Shown: positions 32,477 through 43,707 of the stretch, in pieces
Numbering within the stretch: the stretch's first letter is position 1
How the letters are laid out: every line of letters starts with the position of its first letter
Assembly: GCA_040222015.1 (NCBI GenBank)
Contig: JAVJWO010000040.1
Span: forward strand, 1 to 64,000
DNA: 64,000 bases
Reading direction: 5' to 3'
From: Coleofasciculus chthonoplastes F2-STO-03
Lineage (GTDB): Bacteria > Cyanobacteriota > Cyanobacteriia > Cyanobacteriales > Coleofasciculaceae
The notes under the pieces: model-generated
The model's input: only the letters and a program-made list of their open reading frames with translations
Databases searched by the model: none
What the model was told of the DNA's origin: nothing
Translations under genes and position numbers: made by a program

Positions 32477-35400
32477 TTACTCAATTGGAAAACTGGGAAT
32501 TAATTGATCAATCTCTTCCATGAGTTCCATGGTTTTCTTGAGAGCAACCACGACTTTTTGATAGTGCAATAGTTCATCAAAGGATAAGGTACGTTTGGCT
32601 TTATTGCGGTCTTTCAGCCATTTGCTTAAGACTTGATAACCACCAATCTTAAATTCCCACACATCGGGAGCGATGCCTTCAAAATAGCGGGTTTTGTTGA
32701 TGTAAACTCGCTGTTCTTTGGGTTTGTAGGTGACTTCGGTAACAGCATTGTCACCATCGCCGCCTATTTTGGTAATTAGGTTGTTGAGTTTATTAGATTT
32801 CATCAGGTGCAGATCGACTAATTCTTGACCTTTTGCCCCTAAGTCTTTGAAGAGTTTATCGTTGCTGGTTAAGGGGACACGGGGAAAGTCGATTTTGAGG
32901 AATTCGGCATAGCGTTGGCGATAGGTGGGGCTGTGGAAAATAGCGTAGATATAGTAAAAAATGGCTTCTGGAGTGGGGATGTAGCCAAGTTTTTCTCTAA
33001 TGGCGGCAATGAAGTCTGAAGAGAAATTAGGAGATTTTTCAATAAATAAATTACCTTGATTGTTTTGAGTATCAGGATAAATATATAAAGGAGCAACATA
33101 AGCATTATCCGCAGAGGATAAAATTGTTTTGTCTACTAATCCCTGAGCTACTAAAAAATTAGAAACTACTTGCTCACGACTATTACGTATGAAACACATA
33201 GCAACATTATCACCAGCCAGTAAGTGGCTCATAACCTCTGGGCGAGGCATACAGATTAAGCCACGAGAAGTACCAGTATAGTATGTAAATCGAGTATCGA
33301 AGGGACGATAGGAGATTTGATGTATTCTTGATACATCTAGTTTAGATGACCGCACATCTTTTTGGGCTAGACTTATTTTCCAATCACGAGAGTCATTTCC
33401 CAAGCTATATTTTTTTCTTGCTGCTTCTTCTTCTAAATTAATAAAATCTCTTAATGTTTTTTCGACGTTATTTTTTTTCCAATGTATTGCGAAATCATCT
33501 CTTGCCGAGTACAAACCTACAGAGTTTACAGGCATTACTTCATTGATTTTCCACTCGCTTTCATACTCTGCCTCTGAATCAACCTTCATGGGTACAAAGC
33601 GGTATTCTGGTGAACGTGGGTTAATCGCTTCCCAGTTCACAGTTTCTATACTATTAATTGACAGCCAATAGTATTTGCCGCCAGATATTTTTTGTTTGCC
33701 ATTATCTTTTCCAATAACTTCACAAACACCCCATAAATCTGCATGATATACATCCGCTATTTTAGCGTTATTAAAATTTCTTTTTTTGACAAAAAATCCA
33801 ATTGCTACGCCTGGTTTAATCTCAAAAACGTTTTCATCTTTTGAACCATCAGGATTAATCTCAGGAGGTTTAGATCTTCCGTGTAAATCAAGAATATAAA
33901 TTTCATCAAAGGTCTGCATTAAATTTTGACGCATTCCCCGAAAAGTAGAATTCTTTAAGTATCCATGATTAGTGATGAAGGCTAATATACCGTAACCTGT
34001 TGTTTCAATTCGCCATTGAGCAAAGCGTATAAATTTCACATAATCATCTTGTAAACCTTTTGGATTTTTTTCTCTTAAATCTTTGTTGTCAACCTTGTAG
34101 TAGTCTCGCACTAGACCACTTATCCATTTTCCTGTGTTTAATGATTCATAAGAGTAAGGAGGATTGCCTAACACCACCATTACAGGTGCATCTTGCTTCA
34201 CCGTCGCGGCTTCATTGGCTTCCTGCGCCACAAACTGACCAAATAAAATCTCTGACTTTTTCAGTGCCTCATCCAGTGTATTGGTTAAATAAATCCCTAA
34301 TCGCTGTTTCCCCTTAAATTGATACCCCAATTCTTGCAGTGCCAACCCTAGCTTAAGGTGAGCAATTGCATAAGGTGCCATCAATAACTCAAAGCCAAAC
34401 AAGCGATTCAACAAGTTATCTTCCACATAGCTATCCCACTGGTTCGCCATGCCAATGTCTTCCAGATTGCGATAAATATGCTTAATTACCTCATACAAAA
34501 ACGTACCCGTACCCGTTGCCGGATCAAGAATTTGCACTCTCGGCTTCTGGGTTTTTGGATCTTTGGCATTATCGGCTAAACCTAACGGCAAATCAAACCG
34601 TTCTTTGAGAATCGCATCAACGGAACGGACAATAAACGACACCACAGGTTCCGGTGTGTAATAAACCCCGCGACTCTTTCGCAAGGCTTTATTATACGCC
34701 GCCAGAAATGTCTCGTAAAAATGCACAACTGGATCATCTTGGCGAGTGCGCTGCCCAAAATTTTCGAGAATGCTACCCATATCTACTTGAGCCAGCAATT
34801 GCACTAGATCATCAATTGCCCAATCAATCTGACTCACCGCATCAGTTTCCACAATCGTATTAAATAAGCGCTTTAAAAATGGATTTGTTGCCGGAATATA
34901 AGTGCCAGCCGTGCGACGGGTAAACCCCTCACCGCCTGGATTTTGGGCATGACCGACTCGTGCCGCAAATAGCCCATAAGATATCGTCTGAGCATACATA
35001 TCGGCAAAGTCAGGATCAGTTAATTGGGGGAGTAATACTTCACTAAATCCCTGCTTTAATTGATGTAATTCTCCCTGATTTACTTCCTGGCTCAGAGCCG
35101 TTAGAGTTGCCAACCGAATTGCCTTAGTTAACCTTGCCATCTGTTGGGCTAAGTTTTCAGGATTGCTGATAATCTCCCCTGTATAGTTGAGAAACTGCTC
35201 CAACAGGGCGGCAATCTTTTCCGTAGAGACGCGCCATGGCGCGTCTCTACAATTGTCGTTAATATCGGCTAATACCTGCTTCAGTCGGCGCTTCCCATTG
35301 ACATACCAGCGAAACTCTAGATAGTTGGTTAACACCAGATTGGGGAACGATTCGAGATAGCGCTGCAATTGCTCTGTTTTTTCAATCGAATTGAGATCTA

Positions 35401-35623
35401 ATCCAACATCTTTAGCTTCCACATAACCCACCAGCAAGTCTCGCCGCTTTACCGTAAAATCGGGAATCCCGGCTTTGTTGCCTTTTTCTTCGATAACGGC
35501 ATCAATTCCATTAGCCGGATCATCCAGTAAGGCTTTTAAGGCGGGGTAATGGCTGCGTTCACTTCCTTTTTGTCGGTTTTTTTGGATGGATTTCAGATAA
35601 GACTCAAAGGAGACAGAGGGCAT
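32477..35623 (-). CDS. Single-polypeptide Type IIG/ISP-like restriction-modification enzyme (REase-N6-MTase-TRD)
   Basis: N-terminal PD..YVEAK nuclease, GVYYTP, LDPATGTG, GNPPY, and C-terminal LKIDFPRVP...IGGYQVL.KWLKDR. Confidence 0.88.
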   Translation of the reverse strand: MPSVSFESYLKSIQKNRQKGSERSHYPALKALLDDPANGIDAVIEEKGNKAGIPDFTVKRRDLLVGYVEAKDVGLDLNSIEKTEQLQRYLESFPNLVLTNYLEFRWYVNGKRRLKQVLADINDNCRDAPWRVSTEKIAALLEQFLNYTGEIISNPENLAQQMARLTKAIRLATLTALSQEVNQGELHQLKQGFSEVLLPQLTDPDFADMYAQTISYGLFAARVGHAQNPGGEGFTRRTAGTYIPATNPFLKRLFNTIVETDAVSQIDWAIDDLVQLLAQVDMGSILENFGQRTRQDDPVVHFYETFLAAYNKALRKSRGVYYTPEPVVSFIVRSVDAILKERFDLPLGLADNAKDPKTQKPRVQILDPATGTGTFLYEVIKHIYRNLEDIGMANQWDSYVEDNLLNRLFGFELLMAPYAIAHLKLGLALQELGYQFKGKQRLGIYLTNTLDEALKKSEILFGQFVAQEANEAATVKQDAPVMVVLGNPPYSYESLNTGKWISGLVRDYYKVDNKDLREKNPKGLQDDYVKFIRFAQWRIETTGYGILAFITNHGYLKNSTFRGMRQNLMQTFDEIYILDLHGRSKPPEINPDGSKDENVFEIKPGVAIGFFVKKRNFNNAKIADVYHADLWGVCEVIGKDNGKQKISGGKYYWLSINSIETVNWEAINPRSPEYRFVPMKVDSEAEYESEWKINEVMPVNSVGLYSARDDFAIHWKKNNVEKTLRDFINLEEEAARKKYSLGNDSRDWKISLAQKDVRSSKLDVSRIHQISYRPFDTRFTYYTGTSRGLICMPRPEVMSHLLAGDNVAMCFIRNSREQVVSNFLVAQGLVDKTILSSADNAYVAPLYIYPDTQNNQGNLFIEKSPNFSSDFIAAIREKLGYIPTPEAIFYYIYAIFHSPTYRQRYAEFLKIDFPRVPLTSNDKLFKDLGAKGQELVDLHLMKSNKLNNLITKIGGDGDNAVTEVTYKPKEQRVYINKTRYFEGIAPDVWEFKIGGYQVLSKWLKDRNKAKRTLSFDELLHYQKVVVALKKTMELMEEIDQLIPSFPIE
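35223..35250. repeat. 28-bp perfect palindrome (GTAG REP-like) inside the R-M gene; relatives at ~17083, 40808, 56857, 60738 and 63015
   Basis: gtagagacgcgccatggcgcgtctctac; encodes CRDAPWRVST in frame. Confidence 0.9.
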
Positions 35624-35640
35624 GGTACTTTAATGTTAGT

Positions 35641-36258
35641 ATGATGGGTAAAATTTTGTATAGATGCGCTAGGGTAAGTCTTTCATACATCGTAGATTAT
35701 GTAGAGACGCAGCAGGCTAAGTCTATCATCAGTGACATGAAGCAAGTTACAGTTTATCTCAACCACGGAAAACACTGTACCGGAAGCTCGGATAACGGCA
35801 GAACCACCACCGAGAACCATATCTTGTATCCCGGTGATATGTGTATTGTTGATCCTGCCCATTCAAACAAACACAAATACAGAGGTAGAATTGGCAGACT
35901 CGATGGAACCCAACGCAAAGGAATTCCCCGACTTTGTTTCACCGACAAAAAAGGCGGGTATGGTTACATTAATCCCGTTGATCTCTCTCCGCTCCCCGCC
36001 AATCTCCCCGCCATAACCAGCATCAAATCATCGTCCCAAAAACCACATCCCACCTTTCCGGTAGACTTACCGCCAAAAGTTCCCGGCGATAAAGACAGTC
36101 TACAACGCGCCATCTGTCTCCTGGGAAATCGCACTAAATCAGAACTGAAACAGAAACAGCAAACCGAATTAAGAGAACTGATTGGCACCTATCCCAACCC
36201 CCAGAGAGCCGCCGACTGGAAGAAAGGATTAAAGCAAGTGGTTAAACAGTCGGATTGA
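35641..36258 (+). CDS. Hypothetical protein (start may be ATG near 35737)
   Basis: ORF only; no family recognised. Confidence 0.5.
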   Translation: MMGKILYRCARVSLSYIVDYVETQQAKSIISDMKQVTVYLNHGKHCTGSSDNGRTTTENHILYPGDMCIVDPAHSNKHKYRGRIGRLDGTQRKGIPRLCFTDKKGGYGYINPVDLSPLPANLPAITSIKSSSQKPHPTFPVDLPPKVPGDKDSLQRAICLLGNRTKSELKQKQQTELRELIGTYPNPQRAADWKKGLKQVVKQSD

Positions 36259-36551
36259 GAGAGATGAGGATAGTATTATTGGGTACTTAACAAGCTATTT
36301 TGTTTCGCTAACCCCATCTAAATCAAAGATTCTAGATAGGGACTGCGCTCAACTTTCGTTCAAAACTTAATCTCAATGCCCTGAAATCCCCTGTAGACGG
36401 CAACTACACCCAATAATTACGGTTCTGCCCACTGATAAAGTTCATCATACAGAGGTAAAGTGTGAGTAGAAAGTACATAAAAATTTACAAATAAGGGTAA
36501 ATCGTTTACCCCTTCAGCTAATCATAAACCGCTCGGCAAAGGAAACCAACC

Positions 36552-39035
36552 ATGTTTGAACATTTTACAGACAGAGCTATCAAATCCATTATGCTCGCCC
36601 AGGAGGAAGCCCGTCGCTTGGGACATAACCTTGTGGGAACTGAGCAAATTCTCTTGGGGTTGCTGCGAGAAGGAACCAGTGTGGCGGCGATTGTCCTGAA
36701 AGATATGGATGTCACCCTGGAATCAACCCGGAAGGTGGTTGAAAAAATTATTGGTCGCGGTTCAGGCTTCGTTCCAGCGGAAATTCCCTTCACTCCCAAA
36801 GCCAAACGCCTGTTTGAGCAATCCTTTAAAGAAGCTCGACAACTGGGGCATAATTATATTGGTCCAGAGCATTTGTTACTCGCCATTCTGCAAGACAGCG
36901 ACAGCGTTGCGGGTAAAGTGTTGCAAAGTTTAGGTGTCAACCCCTCCACCGCCCGCACCAAGCTGATTCAAGCCATTGGTGAAGTGGCGGCGGCTGCAAC
37001 CGCTAGAGGACCCGGTACTTCAATGATGGGTCGCACATCAAAGTCTGCGACTCTGGAAGAATTTGGCAGGAATCTCACCCAGTTAGCCGCAGAGGGTAAG
37101 TTAGACCCTGTGGTGGGTCGTGTCAAGGAAATCGAACGGATTATTCAGATTTTAGGACGCCGAACCAAGAATAATCCCGTATTATTGGGAGAACCGGGCG
37201 TTGGCAAAACCGCGATCGCAGAAGGATTGGCGCAACGGATTTCCGATAGTCAGGTGCCAGAACTGTTGGAAAATAAGCAGGTGATCAGCCTGGATATCGG
37301 CTCACTGATTTCCGGGACTCGTTTCCGGGGTGACTTCGAGGAACGCATCAAGCAGATTATGCAGGAAGTACGTGAATCGGGGAATATTATCCTGGTGATT
37401 GACGAACTTCATACCTTAGTCGGTGCTGGGGCGATAGAAGGCGGATTAGATGCGGCGAATATCCTCAAACCGGCTTTATCGCGAGGCGAACTCCAGTGTG
37501 TCGGGGCGACGACGTTGGATGAATATCGCAAGCATATTGAGCGTGACGCCGCCTTAGAACGCCGTTTCCAACCAATTATGGTGGGTGAACCCTCGGTTGA
37601 GGAAACCATTGAAATTTTGCAGGGGTTGCGGGATGCTTATGAGCAGCATCACCGGGTAGAAATCTCTGATCATGCGTTAGATGCAGCGGCGAAACTGTCA
37701 GATCGTTATATCAGCGATCGCTTCTTACCGGATAAAGCCATTGACTTGATTGATGAAGCTGGAAGCCGGGTGCATCTGATTCATTGTCAGCCCTCTCCAG
37801 CCACGCGAGACATCAAGCGTCAAATGCGTCAGGTGACCAAAGAAAAAGAAGAAGCCGTTCGTCTCCAGGACTTTGAGAAAGCCGCCCAATTGCGCGATCG
37901 CGAACATGAACTGGAAACTCAGCTTCAGGCGATTCTGCAAGAGGAAACCGATGAAGATAGCCCAATGCAGACACCTCTGGTGAATGAGGAAGATATTGCC
38001 CACATTGTCTCCTCTTGGACAGGTGTACCGGTCAACAAGCTAACCGAATCCGAATCAGCCCTGCTGCTACATATAGAAGATACCTTGCACCAACGCTTAA
38101 TTGGTCAAGAAGAAGCCGTTACAGCCGTCTCCAAAGCGATTCGGCGGGCGCGGGTGGGGTTAAAAGACCCGAATCGACCCATTGCTAGCTTTATCTTCTC
38201 TGGACCCACGGGAGTGGGTAAGACGGAACTGGCGAAAGCATTAGCGGCTTATTTCTTCGGGTCAGAAGAGGCGATGATTCGCTTGGATATGTCCGAATAC
38301 ATGGACCCACACACCGTCTCTAAGCTAATCGGTTCGCCTCCCGGATTTGTTGGCTACGACGAAGGCGGTCAACTCACAGAAGCCGTCCGGCGTCAACCCT
38401 ACACGGTACTCCTATTTGACGAAATTGAAAAAGCCCACCCCGATGTCTTCAATAGCCTCTTACAACTGTTGGATGATGGTCGGTTGACGGATGCTAAGGG
38501 TCGTACCGTAGACTTCAAGAACACTCTGATTATCATGACCTCGAACATCGGTTCGCGGGTAATTGAAAAAGGTGGCGGTGGTTTCGGATTTGAAGATTCA
38601 GACAATCTGGCTGAGTCCCAATACAACCGGATTCGCAGCCGAGTGAACGATGAACTCAAGAACTATTTCCGTCCAGAGTTCCTCAATCGCCTTGACGATA
38701 TTATCGTCTTCCGTCAGTTAAACCGAGATGAGATTAAGCAAATTACGGATCTCCTGTTGGTGGAAGTGTCAACGCGCTTAATGGAACAAGGAATTATCCT
38801 AGAAGTGACCGAACGGTTCAAAGAGCGTTTAGTCGAAGAAGGGTATGATCCCAGTTACGGGGCGCGACCGTTACGTCGGACGATTATGCGGCTATTAGAA
38901 GATAGTTTAGCCGAAGCGATGTTAGCGAGTCAGATCCTTGAAGGAGAAACCGCTGTGGTTGATGTGAATGAGAAGGGTGAAGTGACGGTGATACCCGGTG
39001 AATCGCCAGCGCGATTGCTACAACCGGTTGGTTAG
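36552..39035 (+). CDS. clpC: ATP-dependent Clp protease ATP-binding subunit ClpC
   Basis: Clp-N repeats, [11 protein letters not shown] linker, GPTGVGKT and RPEFLNRLD. Confidence 0.95.
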   Translation: MFEHFTDRAIKSIMLAQEEARRLGHNLVGTEQILLGLLREGTSVAAIVLKDMDVTLESTRKVVEKIIGRGSGFVPAEIPFTPKAKRLFEQSFKEARQLGHNYIGPEHLLLAILQDSDSVAGKVLQSLGVNPSTARTKLIQAIGEVAAAATARGPGTSMMGRTSKSATLEEFGRNLTQLAAEGKLDPVVGRVKEIERIIQILGRRTKNNPVLLGEPGVGKTAIAEGLAQRISDSQVPELLENKQVISLDIGSLISGTRFRGDFEERIKQIMQEVRESGNIILVIDELHTLVGAGAIEGGLDAANILKPALSRGELQCVGATTLDEYRKHIERDAALERRFQPIMVGEPSVEETIEILQGLRDAYEQHHRVEISDHALDAAAKLSDRYISDRFLPDKAIDLIDEAGSRVHLIHCQPSPATRDIKRQMRQVTKEKEEAVRLQDFEKAAQLRDREHELETQLQAILQEETDEDSPMQTPLVNEEDIAHIVSSWTGVPVNKLTESESALLLHIEDTLHQRLIGQEEAVTAVSKAIRRARVGLKDPNRPIASFIFSGPTGVGKTELAKALAAYFFGSEEAMIRLDMSEYMDPHTVSKLIGSPPGFVGYDEGGQLTEAVRRQPYTVLLFDEIEKAHPDVFNSLLQLLDDGRLTDAKGRTVDFKNTLIIMTSNIGSRVIEKGGGGFGFEDSDNLAESQYNRIRSRVNDELKNYFRPEFLNRLDDIIVFRQLNRDEIKQITDLLLVEVSTRLMEQGIILEVTERFKERLVEEGYDPSYGARPLRRTIMRLLEDSLAEAMLASQILEGETAVVDVNEKGEVTVIPGESPARLLQPVG

Positions 39036-39314
39036 AATTTAGCAACCTCTTTCAGATGTAGCATGTAATTTGTTCTAGACGTAGCATGCTACGTCTTTTT
39101 TTTACGACCAAAACCACCGAATTAGCCACATCACCAAAGCCGCAACAAAGGCGACTGTTGATACCAACTTGCAGTCAAAGAGGTAATCTGTCATGCTGAG
39201 CGAAAGGCACTGTAGCGAAGCATCTGGACTGATTCTGACGCTCGTTCCTGGCGATAGCTTCGCTCTCATAAGACATAAGACGAATGACAAATGATACTAC
39301 TCATCCCCCTATAA

Positions 39315-40784
39315 TTGAGTAAAATCAAGAGCAACGTAGCCCAAATGAGTGCAACAAATAGCGCTAAAAAAATAAAATTCGGTACAGATGGCTGGCGGGG
39401 AATCATCGCTGATGATTTTACCTTCGCCAATGTCTGTAAGGTAACTCGTGCGATCGCACGTTATCTGGATACAGCCTACGGCAAAGACCGCCCGGTATTA
39501 GTCGCTTATGATACTCGCTTCCTGGCTGATGAGTTTGCCCGCACTGCAGCTGAGGTTTTGGCAGACTTGGGCTGGACGGTGAAAATTGTCAACCGGGATT
39601 GTCCGACGCCAGTGATTGCCTATCAAGCGCGTCAACTCAACTCAGCCGGGGCGCTGATGTTTACAGCCTCCCATAACCCCGCTGCCTATTGCGGGATTAA
39701 ATATATTCCGGATTATGCCGGTCCTGCTACCCCGGAAATTACGGATACCATCGTTGCCAATATTGCTGGGGCAGATGATGCCATGCCAAGTGGTAAGTCG
39801 GGTGATAAAATTTCTACCTTTGATCCAAAACCGGATTATTTACAGTTTATTTACACGCTACTAGATGTAGAACGGATTCGGCGGGCGCAACTTAACGTAA
39901 AATACGATGCCCTCTATTCCACCTCTCGCGGTTATTTAGATGATGTCCTAGAATACTGTGGCTGTCAGACTGAGGCATTCAACACCACCCGTGATGTCTT
40001 ATTTGGTGGCGGAATGCCTGAACCGAAAGGCGAGTATCTGGTGGGGTTAAGAGAAGCCGTGACGCGAGATAATGCGGATTTAGGTCTAGCCACCGATGGG
40101 GATAGCGATCGCTTTGGTATCGTAGATGAGCAGGGGACTGTGTTAACGCCCAATACGGTGCTATTGTTACTGGCACGTCACCTGATTAAGAACAAAGGTA
40201 AAAAAGGTGCGATCGTCCGTACTGTTGCCACAACTCACCTATTGGACAACTTTGCCCTGAAAAATGGTCTAGAAACTTACGAGACAGCCGTCGGGTTTAA
40301 ATACATCGGTCAGAAAATGCGGGAAACCGAGGTGCTGATTGGGGGTGAAGAATCTGGGGGATTGAGCATTATTGGGCATATTCCCGAAAAAGATGGTATT
40401 TTAGCCAATATGCTGGTGGCTGAAGCCATTGCCTACGAAGGTAAACCCCTAAGTCAGTTAGTCGAAGAAGCGATCAAAGAAGCCGATGGTCCAGTTTACA
40501 ACCAGCGCCTGGACTTGCATTTAAACGAGGCTCACAAAGCCGCCGTTTTAGACACTTGCACCAAAAATCCCCCTAAAGAAGTGGCTGGGATTAAGGTTAA
40601 AGAAGTCGGGCGCAAAGACGGGATTAAACTCTATTTATCAGAAGGAAGTTGGGTGCTACTACGTCCCTCAGGTACAGAACCTTTGATGCGGGTGTATATG
40701 GAAGCGGATTCTCCCGAAAAGCAAAATCAAATTGCTGAGGCGATGAAGCAGATGATTCAAAAGATGGAACCTGCAACAGTATAA
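39315..40784 (+). CDS. Phosphoglucomutase/phosphomannomutase
   Basis: FGTDGWRG, TASHNP, DGDSDR, GEESGG and RPSGTEP. Confidence 0.95.
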   Translation: MSKIKSNVAQMSATNSAKKIKFGTDGWRGIIADDFTFANVCKVTRAIARYLDTAYGKDRPVLVAYDTRFLADEFARTAAEVLADLGWTVKIVNRDCPTPVIAYQARQLNSAGALMFTASHNPAAYCGIKYIPDYAGPATPEITDTIVANIAGADDAMPSGKSGDKISTFDPKPDYLQFIYTLLDVERIRRAQLNVKYDALYSTSRGYLDDVLEYCGCQTEAFNTTRDVLFGGGMPEPKGEYLVGLREAVTRDNADLGLATDGDSDRFGIVDEQGTVLTPNTVLLLLARHLIKNKGKKGAIVRTVATTHLLDNFALKNGLETYETAVGFKYIGQKMRETEVLIGGEESGGLSIIGHIPEKDGILANMLVAEAIAYEGKPLSQLVEEAIKEADGPVYNQRLDLHLNEAHKAAVLDTCTKNPPKEVAGIKVKEVGRKDGIKLYLSEGSWVLLRPSGTEPLMRVYMEADSPEKQNQIAEAMKQMIQKMEPATV

Positions 40785-40868
40785 CTAAGGCTTGCTGAAT
40801 CACGGTTGTAGAGACGTTGCATGCAACGTCTCTACACAGTGGGCGGTAGAAAGATATTCAATGCGCGA

Positions 40869-40905
40869 GTTTTAATCCCTGATAGGGATTCAGGGGAATT
40901 CCCCG
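40869..40905. CRISPR. Solitary CRISPR-repeat-like unit (no array)
   Basis: gttttAATCCCTGATAGGGATTcaggggaattccccg (37 nt) resembles the cyanobacterial GTTTCAATCCCTGATAGGGATT... repeat family; only one copy seen. Confidence 0.5.
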
Positions 40906-40961
40906 TTAGAAGCGGTCAAACAGAGCCTAAATACACTATACTGCATCCACTGCCCTGAAGA

Positions 40962-41195
40962 TTGAGCATGAAAGCCTTAACTAATCTACTCACATCTCTA
41001 ATTGTCGCCGCGTGGATTGCTGCAATTGCTATCCTATCGGTACAAAATGCCACACTCGTCTCCCTAAGATTTCTCAACGTTGAATCTATTAAACTCCCTG
41101 TGGGAATTGTTTTGGCGTTGAGTGTGGGAATAGGATTGATTGTTGGGGCAATTATTCCGTGGGTATGGCAGATAGAAAGCAGAAGGCAGCAATAG
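40962..41195 (+). CDS. LapA/DUF1049-family small membrane protein
   Basis: Two TM helices with SVQNAT.VSL.FL...LPVG. Confidence 0.8.
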   Translation: MSMKALTNLLTSLIVAAWIAAIAILSVQNATLVSLRFLNVESIKLPVGIVLALSVGIGLIVGAIIPWVWQIESRRQQ

Positions 41196-41352
41196 TGGAT
41201 TAGGGATTTGATTTTGGCGGGAACCTTCGCCCCAATACAAGTTTTCTTTAATTAAAAAGTCAAAAGTCAAAAGCATGTCCGAAGTATCTACAGGAACTGC
41301 CAGGGATAAAATTCGTTGTGATTTAATATCCAGATGCAACACACAACCATAG

Positions 41353-41389
41353 GGAATCCCCAACGCTTTCAGCCGGGGGAGGATGTCAA
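41353..41389 (+). mobile_element. IS200/IS605 right-end remnant
   Basis: gaatcccc...ggggga-ggatgTCAA, the same terminus as 29268-29301; it supplies the Uma2 stop codon. Confidence 0.6.
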
Positions 41390-42018
41390 TGTCCCAACTG
41401 CTGCCTCAAGTCGCGAATAGCTGCGCTGGTATTGCGTTGATAGGCAATTTCTAAACATCGCGCCACTATCTGTGATAAATTCACATCTGGGAAATATTGA
41501 CTTTGCGATGCGATGCCATACTCATCACCCTGAAGTTGGTAAATCAACAGGTGTTGATTCCGAAATAACCAGACTTCCGGGACTCGATAGGGGAGATAAT
41601 CCTGCACATCGGAATAGCTGGTAATGTCAATTTCCAACACCAAATCCGGCGGTGGGTCGTTGCACCAATCAATTCGTTCCTTACCCGAAACGGTTTGCCA
41701 ATGATCAATGTAAAAGCAATAATCCGGCTCAATCCCACTTTCTTCTGGAAGTTGCATCGTTACTGGCGTAAACGAATCATACTCGCACCCGGTCGAATCA
41801 AGGAGCACCTTAATAATGTCCGCAATTAGACTGACATCTCTACCATGCTTGGGCAATGGCGACATAAGCAACACTTCTCCCGAACGATATTTGAGTCGAG
41901 GAATGGAATCATCTCCCCGCTGCTCACACAACGTTTGATACTCCTGCCAGGTAGCAGGCGATCTCACTACAGTTCCGGCTGAAAGATAAAGTTTTTCGGG
42001 CGAAATGACGGTAATCAT
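41386..42018 (-). CDS. Uma2-family (DUF820) endonuclease
   Basis: EPDYCFY, PPPDLVLEIDITS and VPEVW. Confidence 0.92.
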   Translation of the reverse strand: MITVISPEKLYLSAGTVVRSPATWQEYQTLCEQRGDDSIPRLKYRSGEVLLMSPLPKHGRDVSLIADIIKVLLDSTGCEYDSFTPVTMQLPEESGIEPDYCFYIDHWQTVSGKERIDWCNDPPPDLVLEIDITSYSDVQDYLPYRVPEVWLFRNQHLLIYQLQGDEYGIASQSQYFPDVNLSQIVARCLEIAYQRNTSAAIRDLRQQLGH

Positions 42019-42087
42019 ATCTTCATCCCCATATCCTTACTACCCCTGCTTTTCAGCTTAAGTTGACACCAATGGTTGTGCGATCGC

Positions 42088-42158
42088 CCCCATCTTCCCC
42101 ATCTTCCCCATCTTCCCCATCTTCCCCATCTTCCCCATCTTCCCCATCTTCCCCATCT
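42088..42158. repeat. 9-mer tandem repeat (ccccatctt)n
   Basis: About 8 copies. Confidence 0.95.
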
Positions 42159-42161
42159 TTC

Positions 42162-43373
42162 CTACCCCCCTCCAGACGCTACAGGTTCGGCTTGATAGCG
42201 AATCCCCGCTTGCTTCAGACGTCGCAACACCTCAGCCAAGCGATCGCACTCCGCAATCAAACTCACCCGCACATAGCCTTCACCGCCGACACCAAAGGCA
42301 TTTCCTGGCGTTACCACCACACCCGTTTGCTGGAGAACATCCAGAGCGAAATCCGTTGAATTTTGACCCGGTGGACAAGGAACCCACAAATACATCGTCG
42401 CCTTTGACTTGGGAATCCGCCACCCCAATTCAGCTAACCCTTGAATCAAAAAATCTCGGCGGCGACAGTAACGTTCTTGCACCTGATACACATAACTATC
42501 GGGTAAGTTTAATGCCGTTTCTGCGGCGGTTTGTAATACGGCAAAAATCCCGTAATCTAAATTCGTTTTTAACGTCCGTAATCCTTGAATAATATGGCGA
42601 TTTCCGACAACAAATCCAACCCGCCACCCTGCCATATTATAGGTTTTTGATAAAGTATGAAATTCTACGCCAATCTCCTTTGCACCCGGAATTTCTAATA
42701 AACTCGTGGGTTGATAGCCATCAAATGCTAGTTCGGCGTAACATAAATCATGCACCAACAGAATTGAGTAACGACGCGCAAAAGCCACAATTTCTTCAAA
42801 AAACTCACGGGGAGCCGTCGCTGTTGTTGGATTATTCGGATAGTTAAAATAGAGAATCTTTGCCCGTTGCGCCACATCCTCAGGAATAGCGGCTAAATCA
42901 ATCAGCCAATCATTTTCCGGCTTAAGGATCATGCTATGAATTTCAGCCCCAGCAATCAAGGGACCTCGGAAATGAGCCGGATACGCCGGACTCGGAACTA
43001 ATACCAAATCCCCTGGATTGACGTAAGCTAGAGCAAGGTGAGTCAATCCTTCTTTAGAACCCAACAGGGGTAGGGCTTCGCTATCGGGATCGAGAGTAAC
43101 TTGATAGCGGCGGTGATACCAACTGGTAATCCCATGGCGAAAATTTGCCGTTCCTTCAAACGGGGGATAGCCGTGATTAATCGGATAATTCAGGGCGTTG
43201 ATGGCTGCTTCAATCACTGGTGCAGGTGCTGAACCGTCAGGATTCCCCATGCCTAAATCAATTAAATCCAACCCTTGCTCACGGGCACGGGCTTTGAGTT
43301 CATCCAAACGAGCAAACACATAGGGGGGCAAGGCACTTAAGCGCTTGGCTGGGGTAATCCAATCTAAGTTCAT
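42162..43373 (-). CDS. PLP-dependent class I/II aminotransferase (LL-DAP/aspartate aminotransferase-like)
   Basis: DLGMGNPD, NYPNNPT, HDLCY and SKTYNMAGWRVG. Confidence 0.92.
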   Translation of the reverse strand: MNLDWITPAKRLSALPPYVFARLDELKARAREQGLDLIDLGMGNPDGSAPAPVIEAAINALNYPINHGYPPFEGTANFRHGITSWYHRRYQVTLDPDSEALPLLGSKEGLTHLALAYVNPGDLVLVPSPAYPAHFRGPLIAGAEIHSMILKPENDWLIDLAAIPEDVAQRAKILYFNYPNNPTTATAPREFFEEIVAFARRYSILLVHDLCYAELAFDGYQPTSLLEIPGAKEIGVEFHTLSKTYNMAGWRVGFVVGNRHIIQGLRTLKTNLDYGIFAVLQTAAETALNLPDSYVYQVQERYCRRRDFLIQGLAELGWRIPKSKATMYLWVPCPPGQNSTDFALDVLQQTGVVVTPGNAFGVGGEGYVRVSLIAECDRLAEVLRRLKQAGIRYQAEPVASGGG

Positions 43374-43473
43374 TTAAAAATGCAGCGTTCCTCAACTAGA
43401 AAATTATATCGGCATTGCCGGAAAATCGCTGAAGTCGGTGGGAAAATTTAAAGTCGGGCAGTGGAGAGCATTA

Positions 43474-43570
43474 TTCGTCATTTGTCATTTGTCATTTGTC
43501 ATTTGTCATTCGTCATTCGTCATTCGTCATTCGTTATTTGTCATTTGTCATTTGTCATTCGTCATTTGTC
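43474..43570. repeat. Heptamer STRR (gtcattt/gtcattc)n
   Basis: Seen directly. Confidence 0.9.
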
Positions 43571-43707
43571 CAAAAATTCTCGCATTGGATTAGGGCGGGT
43601 TTTGTTGATAGATTATCGGTGGGTATCCCAATTAAATCCCTAAACCCGCCCCTACAATTGACCGTGCAACCCTGAGCTGATCATTTCTGGAAAAACTTAA
43701 TATATTT

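Noticed and set aside
42063..42359. SPS-repeat ORF
   Set aside because: Translation of a 9-mer tandem repeat, antisense to the aminotransferase.
43461..43643. ICHLSFV-repeat ORFs here and at 46061-46273
   Set aside because: Translations of heptamer STRR repeats.
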